Source of the DNA: Balamuthia mandrillaris
Taxonomy: Eukaryota
DNA: 64,000 bases
Reading direction: 5' to 3'
NCBI GenBank assembly: GCA_031835245.2
Contig: JAVKOQ020000063.1
Span: forward strand, 62,001-126,000
Under the pieces are notes generated by a model. The model did not search any database. It had not been told where the DNA came from and saw only the letters and a program-made list of their open reading frames with translations. Shown here piece after piece: positions 47,980 through 58,698 of this stretch. The position numbers and the translations under genes were made by a program. Each line of letters begins with the position of its first letter. Positions within the stretch are counted from its first letter, which is position 1.

Positions 47980-49683
47980 CTAGCCACGCTTTGCTTTTTT
48001 CTGTCCTAAGCCAAAGGTGTCGGTCAGCCATTGCACCACGTGAGCCTGTCCGTTCTCTTCTGCCGCGCTCCTCAGCTCAAGAGCGTAGTCTCCGAGACTC
48101 GAGCCGGCGGAACCGGTGCCCTGCTCGTGGACCCATTTCAGGATATCCAGGTGCCCTTGCTGAGCGGCGGCAAGGCTCGTCTCAACGGGCCAATACCATC
48201 CGTTCTCCTTGGCCCACTTCAACATTGCCATGTGCCCTCCGCTGGCTGCGTTGCGGCAAACGTTGGCATCCCATGGGCATCCTTGCTCGCTGGCCCATTT
48301 CAACATTTCCAAATGTCCTCGCTTTGCTGCCCTCTTGCATATGTTCGTGTCGTCCCAATCGCAGCCGTGCTCTCTGGCCCACTTCAGCACTTCAAAGTGT
48401 CCTTCTTTGGAAGCTGCAAGGCACACGTTCTCATCCCAATCGCAGCCGTTCTCTCTGGCCCATTTCAAAACTTCCAAATGTCCATTCGCCGCTGCGTTCA
48501 CGCAGACTTGCCCGCTCCAATCGCAGCCGTTCTCTCTGGCCCACTTCAGCACCTCCAAATGTCCGTTCATGGCTGCATTCGCGCAGACCTCCTCATCCCA
48601 ATAACAGCCACGCTCTCTTGCCCACTTCAAAACTTCCAAATGTCCATGCTCCGCTGCTGCCTCGCATGTTGTCCCATCCCAATCACAGCCGTTCTCCCTT
48701 GCCCATTTCAATACTTGGAGATGTCCTCCACCGGCAGCAGCGCTACAGACGAAGTAATTCCACTTGCAGCCGTTTTCGCGAAGGTACTTGAGCGTTTCCA
48801 GATGCCCGTTCTCGGCGGCGCTGGCGCAGGCAGAGCTGCCCCAAGGGCATCCGTTCTCCCTCGCCCACTTTAGCACTTCCAAATGTCCGTTCAAGGCGGC
48901 GTTGGCGCACACTATTTTCTGCCAATCGCAACCGTTCTCTCTTGCCCATTTCACCACCTCCAAGTGGCCGTTCAAGGCGGCGTTGGCGCAGGTGGAGGAG
49001 TCCCAATCGCACCCCTGCTCATCAGCCCACTGCAAGACCTCCAAATGTCCGTTCAAGGCCGCCTCGGCACAGGTCCAGGGGGACCAAGGACAAGCGTTCT
49101 CCCTCGCCCACTGGAGCACTTCCAAATGTCCTCCTCTGGCGGCGAGGTGACAGGTCCATTGGTCCCAAGGACAACCGTTCTCTCGAGCCCACTTCAACAC
49201 TCCCAAGTGCCCGTTCAAGGCCGCGGATGAGCAGCAGTGTTCATCCCAAGGACAGCCCTTCGCAAGGCGCAACCACTGGAGTGTCTCCAAATGTCCACCA
49301 AGAGCCGCTTTGTTGCAGACATCCAGGTTGTCCCAGGGACAGCCTTCCTCACGAAGCCATTTCAGGGCTTCCAAGTGACCTTCCTCCACCGCGGCAGCAC
49401 AAAGCTCTTCCTTCAGAGGCAGTCCTTTCTCTCGCAGCCACTGCAGCACCAGGCGGTCCCCTTGCCGAGCGGCCGCCACAAAAGTGTTGTAGTCCAAGGG
49501 GCAGCCTTCCTCCGCCGCCCACCGCAACAAGCTCAGGTTGCTGCACACTTCCCTTATGCTGAACCTTCTTCTCTGGTGAAGTGCAGAAAACCAGAGCGTG
49601 CAGGTCCTTGCAGCTATGGGTTTTACGCCCTGGGGAAGCTTGTCCAAGGCGTAGCTCACCAACTCTTCCGGCAAGCTCTCCAT
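47980..49683 (-). CDS. F-box-like plus giant-virus-type ankyrin-like repeat protein, copy 2
   Basis: Same MESLPEELVSYAL start and GHLEVLKWARENGC repeats as 33218-34912; intronless. Confidence 0.88.
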   Translation of the reverse strand: MESLPEELVSYALDKLPQGVKPIAARTCTLWFSALHQRRRFSIREVCSNLSLLRWAAEEGCPLDYNTFVAAARQGDRLVLQWLREKGLPLKEELCAAAVEEGHLEALKWLREEGCPWDNLDVCNKAALGGHLETLQWLRLAKGCPWDEHCCSSAALNGHLGVLKWARENGCPWDQWTCHLAARGGHLEVLQWARENACPWSPWTCAEAALNGHLEVLQWADEQGCDWDSSTCANAALNGHLEVVKWARENGCDWQKIVCANAALNGHLEVLKWARENGCPWGSSACASAAENGHLETLKYLRENGCKWNYFVCSAAAGGGHLQVLKWARENGCDWDGTTCEAAAEHGHLEVLKWARERGCYWDEEVCANAAMNGHLEVLKWARENGCDWSGQVCVNAAANGHLEVLKWARENGCDWDENVCLAASKEGHFEVLKWAREHGCDWDDTNICKRAAKRGHLEMLKWASEQGCPWDANVCRNAASGGHMAMLKWAKENGWYWPVETSLAAAQQGHLDILKWVHEQGTGSAGSSLGDYALELRSAAEENGQAHVVQWLTDTFGLGQKKAKRG

Positions 49684-49868
49684 TTTCTTCCTGTGCTGTT
49701 GTGTTCTTGCTCAGCTTCTTTTTTTTTTTTCCAACTCGATCGTCGACGTTTAATAAACGAGCTCGTTCCTCTTATTAATAAAAGCTCTCTGGTCTACCAG
49801 TGAAGCGGTAACATAAGCACGTGATGTTGATCACTCATACCGTCGGCCTGAAGAAGAGGCGCATCATT

Positions 49869-51116
49869 CTATGAAGCATACCAGCCCCATTGTTGACCTT
49901 TCCAAGTGGTCACTTGTTTCACTTCCAAAAATGCATCCAGTCCCCATGGACCGAGTTCTCGGCCTAAACCGCTGCGTTTCATGCCACCCCACGGCGCCTC
50001 GAAGAAGACTGGCTGAGAGCAGTTTACCCAAACCACACCGGCTTTGAATGCTCTCACCACGCGTTTGCACCTATCATCTGTTGGTTTTCTGTTAGAAGAC
50101 GGACAGCAACGCCGAAGAGAGAACAAAAACGGAAGAACACGAACTGTCAGCAGACATAACGGCTGCGCCAAGACCATACTCCGTGTTGTTGGCTTCTGCT
50201 ATTGCCTCTTGTTCGTCTTTGAACGTGCGTACGCAGAGAACAGGACCAAAGATTTCTTCTTTCCACAGCTTCGATGACGTATCCACGTCGCGAAAGATTG
50301 TTGGTTGCAAGAAATAACCGTTCTGCAGGTGAGGTGGTCGTTCTCCTCCAGCTATTAACCTTGCATTTGAGCCTTGGAACGACTATGCGTTATTTTTTGA
50401 CGAAGAGGAAGCAAGCGTAAAACAAATAAGAAAGACAAAATACCTCGTTTAGCTTCTTCCACATAATTTAATACTTTCTTGTATTGTGTCTCGCTGATGA
50501 GAGGACCCATACAAGGGTTAGGAGTAGTAAGCGGATCCCCGATGTTGATAACTTTTGTTTTTTCTATCAACCGTTCTATCAGTTCGTCTGCTATTCCTTC
50601 TTGTACCATTACGCGACCTTTCATTTGATGTTAGCAACTGAAAGAATGCAGCAATGGAAAGAAAGCAGAAAAGAGAAGAGAAGAGAAAGAGGAAAAGAGC
50701 TGCTTACTTGTAGCGCTACAAACTTGACCTTGATTCCAAAAGATGCCAAACATGATCCATTCGACTACAGCGTCGATGTCTTGAACGTCATCAAAGACAA
50801 GCATTGGGCTCTTTCCACCCAACTCAAGACTCACTTTTTTGATATCAGCCGCAGCGGCTGACATTATTGAGCTTCCTGTTCGCAAGCTGGTTTGTTTGAA
50901 AGTCAACCAAAGGAAGAAAGAAAGAAAATGAAACAAAACAAGAAATAAAACCTTCCAGTGAAAGAGACTTTGTCCACATCAGGATGATTCACAAGAGGAG
51001 CTCCAGTGGTAGGCCCATCACCAGTTAAAACATTCACAACTCCTTCTGGAAGTTTAGTCTTTGCATGGAACAAGTGCGAAAGGAAGACATGGGAAAAGCA
51101 TCAATGACGGAAGTGA

Positions 51117-51163
<47 letters not shown>

Positions 51164-52210
51164 CAAGAGAGAAACCTGTTGAATTATCTCAGCAAGAAGC
51201 AATGTAGATAGTGAGGTGAGTTCAGATGGTTTGATAACAATGGTACAGCCAGCTGCCAACGCTGGAGCCATCTTCTGTACTGCCATCAAAAGAGGGAAGT
51301 TGAAGGGAGTAATGGCTGCCACCACTCCGACCGGCTCTTTCCTTATCGTTGTTGTGAAGTCTTTTGTGTGCCGCCACATTTTAAATAAAGAAGTGGAGAG
51401 AAGAGGAACGAGAGATGAAGGAGAAGGAGAAGAAGAAGAAGAAGAAGAAGAAGAAGAAGAAGAAGAAGAAGAAGAACAACAACAAGAAGAAGAAGAACAG
51501 GAAGAACAACAAGAAGAACAAGAAGAACAAGAAGAAGAAGAACAAGAACAAGAACAGGGGACGAAGAAGACGAAGACGAAGATGACAACGAAGAACCAGA
51601 CGAAGACCGAGAAGAAGAGAAGAGGAGGGAACACAAACCAGAGTCAGGAACCGGGATATTGGCATCCTGTTCTTCATCCAGTTTCTCAGCCAGTGTTGCA
51701 TAATACTGAATACATTTTACGGCGTCGTCCTTTTATTTTCGTTAACAAAAAGAACAAAGAGAGAGAGAGAGAGAGAGAGAGAAGCAGAGAAGCAGAGAAG
51801 CAGCAAAGCAGCAAAGCAGCAAAGCAGGAGCGAATAGAAGAAACAACACCACGTACCACATCCGCTCTGGCTTCCTTCAAAGGCTTGCCACAGTCCAGAG
51901 ACTCCGTGCGCGCCATCCTCTCCTTCGCCTCCTCCATCTTCCCTGCGATCTCCCGCAAGAGCTCGGCCCTCTCTTTGCCGCTGCTGCCGGCCCAGCCCCC
52001 TTTTCCTCCTTGCAGCGCGTTTTTTGCCGAGAGCACGGCGGCGTCGACGTCCTCGGCGGTGGCCAACGAGACGCTGTGGAAGCGCTCCTCGGTGGCCGGG
52101 TTCACCACGGGCATCGTCCTGCCTTGCTGGGGCTGCCGCCACTTGCCGTCGATGAACAACAAGGAGGGCCACTTCATGGCTCCGCGAAGGCCTTCTGCTT
52201 CATCGTTCAT
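49869..52210 (-). CDS. Aminoaldehyde/betaine aldehyde dehydrogenase (ALDH10 family)
   Basis: [77 protein letters not shown]. Confidence 0.92.
51427..51555. repeat. (GAA/CAA)n intronic microsatellite
   Basis: Directly visible. Confidence 0.9.
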
Positions 52211-52410
52211 CTTTTTGCTTTCTGTTTACGGTGTTCAATTGCTGCTCATTTTGACCAAAATTTCTACAGTTTGCGTGACGTCGGTTAAAACCAGATGTCG
52301 ACACAAATTTCATACTAAAATCAGGACGACGTGATACTTGTTGTGTCGACACGAGGGCGAATGTTACACGTCGACAAAAATCTATCAGCTTCTTCTGCCA
52401 TCGACACAAC

Positions 52411-54006
52411 ATGCAGCTTGCCTGCCAGAGAGCCTCACCCTCCTCCTCCGCTTGTTGTCTCTTTGATGCCTTGCTCGTGGGGGAAAAGGAAAACGGATCT
52501 TTCCCTCCCGCTGCAAAGCAAGTAGGAGAAGAGGGGCGGCCCTCACCGACGATCCTGCGACTGTGCGAGAAAGCGGAACCGCTCGCTCCTCCTTCCCTGC
52601 TGGCCCTTACCTCCGCGCACATCGCCCGTCGGCTGGAGGACTCCTTTCCTTTAGAACAGCTACAGCGTCTGCCGGTGGAGCTGAAGCAGCTCCTCTTCGA
52701 CTCGCTCGCCGCCAAAAGGCTGCTCACGCGCTCCCTGCTCTTCTCCAAAGACTCTTCTCTCTTCGTTCCTGCCTCACCGGCCTCCTCTTTTCTTCGCCAT
52801 GTGGCTCTCTCTTCGTCCTCTTTTTCTCAATTGGATTGCGTCTTCGACGCTGACATCAACCAGCTGGTCTCGCATTGTCCCAACCTCATCTCCCTCTCCC
52901 TGGAGGACTGCCCTTCCCTCCACCGGCCTCTCATCCATTCTTCTTCGCTTCTTTTTCTTCGCATAGCGCATTCTTCTCATTCTTCCCATTCTTATCATTC
53001 ATCCCATTCCTCTCATTCTTCTAATTCTTCTCATGCTTCTCATGCTTCTCATTCTTCTCATTCTCTATTCCATCCTTCCATCGCGGCTCCGTCTCTCCAA
53101 TCCCTCGCGTTGTCGTTGTCCGATGCAAAGCTGCTGAGGAAGATGACTTTGGAGGCCTCTCGCCATTGTCCTCGCCTTGAGTCGCTCACGCTGGAACACA
53201 GGCAAACGCAGGCACAGCTGCAGGCGCGACGGCGTGCTGCTCGCTTTGGCCTGAGTTTGAGCCCTCCTCCGCCTATTGTGGATTCCTTCTTTCATTTTCC
53301 TTGCCTTCAGCATCTTCACATCATTCGGTACACCTTTCTCTCTTCTTTTTTTTTTCCTCTTCCTGGACGACATCTCACACATCATGATTACAGCGAAGGA
53401 GCATTAATAACGCCTTTAGGATCCATCTTAGAAACCCATCAACGCACATTACGCCGGCTATGCGTTACGGAGTGTGACCGACATGGCAATCTGCGCGACC
53501 TCTGCAGTTATTTGGAGTCAAGAGGAGAACGAGATAGAGCTTTGCAGGAAGAAAAGGAGAAGCAGAAGGAGCAAGAGCAAATGCAACTGCAACGCAAAGA
53601 AGACGAAGCGGAGGAGAAGGAATGGCAGAAACGCGAGAGAAGAAAAGCTTGGCAAAAGAGCCAACGAAAGAAAAAGGAAGCAATGGCGCGACGGTCGATC
53701 CGAGGTTCCAAGGAGAGTACACCAAAGGAGACCAAAGAAGTAGATGAAGAAGTGGAAAAAGCAGAAGAGGAAGAAGAGGAAGTACAGAACGAGAAGTCGG
53801 GAACAGAAAGAGAGAATGAATTGATGATTGAAGAATTGGATTTGACGGGAACAGCATTGCCGCCCGCCACTGATTCGCTCTGTCGGTTCATCCGGTTGTG
53901 TCCTCGGTTGAAGCAGTTGGTGCTGCGAGGTTGGAGCCAGGCACAAGTTGAGCAGCTCAGAGCCTTGCTTCAAGACGACCATAACGGCATTCAGCTCCTG
54001 TTTTAA
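52411..54006 (+). CDS. Cys-containing LRR protein with F-box/BC-box-like N-terminus and His-Ser-Ser repeat
   Basis: PSLLALTS...LQRLPVELKQLL; LRR-like CPNLISLSLEDC, CPRLESLTL, CPRLKQLVL; probable intron about 53328-53393. Confidence 0.6.
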   Translation: MQLACQRASPSSSACCLFDALLVGEKENGSFPPAAKQVGEEGRPSPTILRLCEKAEPLAPPSLLALTSAHIARRLEDSFPLEQLQRLPVELKQLLFDSLAAKRLLTRSLLFSKDSSLFVPASPASSFLRHVALSSSSFSQLDCVFDADINQLVSHCPNLISLSLEDCPSLHRPLIHSSSLLFLRIAHSSHSSHSYHSSHSSHSSNSSHASHASHSSHSLFHPSIAAPSLQSLALSLSDAKLLRKMTLEASRHCPRLESLTLEHRQTQAQLQARRRAARFGLSLSPPPPIVDSFFHFPCLQHLHIIRYTFLSSFFFPLPGRHLTHHDYSEGALITPLGSILETHQRTLRRLCVTECDRHGNLRDLCSYLESRGERDRALQEEKEKQKEQEQMQLQRKEDEAEEKEWQKRERRKAWQKSQRKKKEAMARRSIRGSKESTPKETKEVDEEVEKAEEEEEEVQNEKSGTERENELMIEELDLTGTALPPATDSLCRFIRLCPRLKQLVLRGWSQAQVEQLRALLQDDHNGIQLLF

Positions 54007-54105
54007 ATACAGGTCTTCTCTAACCACTGTTGAAAGAGGGGATAAGAAGAAAGAACAAAGCAGAGTAACTAGAAATAATACATTACAATCTTTACAAAAC
54101 TTCAA

Positions 54106-56560
54106 CTAAAGCGAATCCTCAACCCCTTCTCCCTTCAACTTCTTGGCCACCCTCTTTCTTTCCTTCCTCCTCTTGTGAGAAGCGTAGAACACCCCAGCCA
54201 CGCTCACCAGAACAACAATCAAAACTGCTGTTCCAATGGAGACCCCGATGATGATGGCCAACGGTGAATCTTCATCATCTCCTTCTGTCGATGAACCCAA
54301 AATAACTGTGTATAACGTGCCTCCGTGTTCGTCCTCGTTGTTAGCCTTTTCAACTTCGGCAGAGGCGTAAAGGATATCATCTTCAGTTGTGGTCAGAGTC
54401 ATAGAAGAGGAGTGGTGTTGCCAAAACTCCTCATCGCTGACTTGTCTTGTTGGATGACGGGAAAGAGATGCAGAAGAAAGAGAGCTGAAGCCAAGAAAAG
54501 CCGTCTGGTTGTTGTGTTGGAGCAAACCTGGAAAGTCCTTGCTTGGACCCAAACGAAATCTCAACGCGATCACCTGCCTTGCTTCTTCTTCTTCTCCACC
54601 AGCTTCATCCTCTTCTTCAGTCCAACTACTGCTATCATCTTCGTCTTCGACGTTACCGAAAAGCAGTTGCAATTGAATTACTTCGGAGATGACTTCCATG
54701 TCTCCGGGAACGTTGGGGCGGTCCTCTTCCTTCACAGGCTTGACCTGCAACCAGACAGACTGCTTCTGATCTTTCACTTCCACCACCAGTACTTCATCCA
54801 ATGTCCGCTTATCGAACACTGTCACGTTGCTGCTTGCTCCTTCATCGCTGGGAGAAGGAGGAGGAAGCACCACCAACACTTCTCCCACACAACTCGTTGT
54901 AGCTACGGAATCACATTCCTCTGTGGAAGGGTTTGTCGGTGGTTGTGTTGGCTCTCTGCATTCGCTGCCGTCTCTGACTTTGCCCGCTGGACAATAACAG
55001 TCACATCTTTGAAGGATGGCCATTATGGTCAGTGCAGAAGATGGGCAAGAAGAAGGGCAAGTACATTGCCACTTCAAGCACAATCCGCCGACGATGCCGT
55101 CATCGCAACGCTCTCCATGGAGTTCAGAGTCCACAATCCCATCTCCGCATTTGGTACAATCGCTTCTGCATTGCAGGGGAGAAGAGTCGGAGTTGAGAGG
55201 TGCCCCTCTGTCACAACTTTCTCCGTCGTTCACAATAGCATCTCCACAAAAGAAAGACGAGATGGCGCAGATGGAACCGAAGGAGTTCGTTTGTGCGGAG
55301 AGCTGAACGGAGAATAATGATGCGGTTTGCGGCGTGACAGTGTTGCTGGTGGGCAAGATGTGCCAAGATTCACTTTCCTCAAGTACTGCAAGTTGAAGCA
55401 TGTTCGCAAACTTTAACACAAGAAAGTCAGCGCCGTTATAAAAGGAACGAAAGTAGAACATAAGGTGTTACCGTTTGCTGCGAGAACCGAAACTCCAAGT
55501 TGATGGATGCAAACGATTGGCCAGGTGGAAGATTTAATTCTTCTGTGGCGAAGAAATGAAAGCAAGGACCGACAACCCGATACGACGCTCCCTCGTAGAT
55601 AAAAGGGTTTTCCGGCCGAATAGGTATGTAAGATACTGGCCCAACGTTGACGGTTGTGTTAGCGGATAGCACCGTTTTATCAACTATTACTTGGCCAAAG
55701 GTACGGGCACCATTCCAATCCTTAAGAGGTAATATCTGCAATAAGCAAAAACGGCAACAGTTACAATGGGTTAGAAGAATGTAAGAGAACATAAAAAGAC
55801 AGAAAACAGAAGTACCATAAAATCCTCGTTAGGATGGACGTGACCAGAGATAGGAGCGGTCTTAATGGTGATTAAAGGAGGAGGGCAGTGTGACAAGGCG
55901 GAAGCACAGCTGGCATCCCAACATAACACCTTTCCAGAACCACATGCCGGTGGCTTCCCACAACTCTGAACAAACATGAAAAGTTGAGTATTTAACACAA
56001 AGATGAAGCAAAGGCAGTTGAGGTACAAACTGTAGAACATTTCAAGTTCCAACACATTTGTGTGTCAGGCGGACAGAGAGTTGATCCTTGGAATGAATCG
56101 CAGTTGCTTCTACAAACTCCATCGGAACACATCACTTCTCCTTCAGTACAAGAAACGGTCGTTCCACAATCTGACAGCGAAGCTGCACACGTGCCATCCC
56201 AACATCTGGTCGAAAAAAGTCAGCAAAAGGCTACTATCTAAAATAGCATTCGATAAACGAAGGACAGACCTAACAGGGTATCGCCATGAACAAGTGGAGG
56301 AAGGACATTCATTCCAATTATCTTTGCAAGAGCCATCACAACACGTTAACTTGGAAGAAGGACAAGGAGCTGTCATTTTGTCCATGCATTCGGAGCAAGA
56401 AGAGCCGCTTTCGCCATTAAAACATCGAATCTGGTGGGGTGCTGACTTTGTAAGAGTATCACATTTGTTTGGGTCTTCCGTGCAAAACTCGGACGAACAT
56501 CTGTTTAAATCGCAAACAAAACATGAAATGAGTAAAATTATAGGAAGACAGAGAGAGTGA

Positions 56561-56625
<65 letters not shown>

Positions 56626-57950
56626 GGAGCAAGATGAAAAACATAGAATAGAAGTGTACCGATAGGGTTGGGAAGGAGGACAGGTAAGCGGAGATGTGAT
56701 AACAGGACATCCGGAAGGATAGTTGCATACCAACCGAAGTTCCCCAAATTCCTCGGCAGCTATTAATTCCACAGCCATATTAGGACGGGTGATAGAACGA
56801 AAAGATATGGAAAGAACGCACTTGCAACATAGACCCGTCGTCTCCCGGAATGAGCGAAGAGTGCAGTCAACTGATTTCCGTCATAATTAAACTCCTCCAC
56901 ACGAGGGCTCAAATCATCATCCGTCTCGAAACACAGTCTGTGGGCAACCTCCTGAGGAACGTTCTCAGTAAGACCAGATACCGTCCAAAAGCACTTTCTC
57001 TCTTCATCCGCAAACATCTCGTGAAAGCGAACACCAAACAACGATGGGCCTGTGGGCTGAACAGTATCCCATTGACTAGTGTTAAGGCTAAAGCGAAGGA
57101 CTTGATTTGTTTCTCCCGGATAGGTTTTTTCTCCCCCGTAGAAGAAGAGAAAGTTACCAAGCCTCGCACCAGCGGCAAATGCGGCTCCAACTCCCGGAGA
57201 ATCTCCTCTAGAAGTCCATGCCTGGGTTGCTATGTTTATATTTCGGTTGATATTATACCTGAAAACAATATTGGAGCAAATGATGAAAGCAAAGGAAGAA
57301 ACCAACTTGGGTCGTATTCATACAAGTCCCGTCGGTAGCTGGGACCATAGCCCCCAAACACATAAAGCTTGCCATTGGCAGTAATAAGCGTAGTAGCTCT
57401 TCTTGTGAGATCAGTTGGGGCGTTTGGCAGCTGGGTCCATTCGTACGTGTTCGTATCTTTGATATTGTGTTAGTTGACGTGAATGAACTGAAGCGTTCAA
57501 AAGAGAAAAAAAAGACAATACCAAAAACGTGGACATTGTTTGTGTTGGTGAATGCGGGGTTTTGGCCATTCACGTTGTAGATAAGGTTCCCAAAGATGGA
57601 CGTTCCAGCCCCCATTCTTATGGTAAAAGTTGGAAATGCTCCAGTGGCGTTTACCGTTCTTATTGCCATGGTATCTTTTGTGTTCATGGGTGAGTGTTGG
57701 GGGAATTGGATCAAACAGGAAACAGAAACGTACTCAAGTCAACAACGTAGATCGAACAAATTTCGTCGTCTCCTGCGCCAATGAACCAACCTTCGTTGGA
57801 TGACGGTTTGAAGTTGGCGGTGAATGGAAGAAACAGAGGAGGCAGGGAGGAGAAAGGCACCACGGTGAGGGTCTGCCCCGCCTCTGTCATGCCACCTCCC
57901 ATCAAAAGCAGCGCAGCGTGAAGCAGCCAAAAGGACAAGAACAGCTTCAT
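54106..57950 (-). CDS. Type I membrane protein: signal peptide, kelch-like repeats, Cys-rich repeats, DUF4215-like repeats, TM, short basic tail
   Basis: MKLFLSFWLLHAALLL signal; LYVFGG and FFYGG kelch blades; LCWDASCA-type repeats; CGDAIVNDGESCD and CGDGIVDSELHGERCDDG; TM IIIGVSIGTAVLIVVLVSVAGVFY followed by KRRK. Confidence 0.75.
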
Positions 57951-58698
57951 GCTTTCTTTCTCTTCTTTTTTTCTTCTCGTAGTAACGGAGGACGGGAAAG
58001 AGTGTAGTACAGTCGGTTCAGCCAAGCAATACAGATTCGGCCAAATATCCCACTTTGGTTTGTGTTCATTTTTAAATTGATGATGAACTTTCGGGTGCGA
58101 AGCGAGTGCGGTTGTCCTACCGATAACGATTGTCCAAAACCAATTCCGCCCATAGCGCCCTTGTTAATTGCGTTAGTGGTTGGACACATTATGGTTTTCA
58201 CGGAGGGTAGCTTACCCGGTCGGAGCATTCGCCTCAAACAGTAATACTGTAATCAAGCTGGTTGGAGTCCTTTGTCGCATTAATCCTTCCATTTGTGAAA
58301 CAGGTGCGGCACCATTAGTAATGTTGTGAAAGGATTCCTGTAACATTTTGAATAAGCGAAATGCGAGAAGCAAAAAGAAAAAAGGAGAAACAAACCTTTT
58401 TCGCTTATTCTGCCTGGTGCGACAAAGCCATTTCAAATACAAATGAATAAAACAAACAGCTAAAATGAAAATAAAATGGTTACATAAAAGAGAGGCGAAG
58501 AGATGCTCTTGATGAAAATCTTTTTCTCTTTGGAAAGAAACCAACGTCTTTGGGTTGCAAAAGTTGTTTGTTTAGAGAATGCTAAGGAGTGTCGCTAAGA
58601 GACATCGAACGCTTGTTCCACTCTGTATGGTATATGGTGTGTGGTTGGCGAAGCATTCAGTCTTCTTTCTGTGGAGTTTAATGTGGGTGAGGTTGTTT

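Noticed and set aside
33218..49683. Inverted paralogs as ends of a composite mobile element or provirus
   Set aside because: No transposase, integrase, capsid or terminal repeats; intervening genes are ordinary intron-containing host genes.
49869..49900. Possible PTS1 on ALDH10, as in plant homologs
   Set aside because: The C-terminus is WYAS, not an SKL-type signal.
58040..58340. Intergenic stretch with small hairpins, possible ncRNA
   Set aside because: No recognisable RNA family features by eye.
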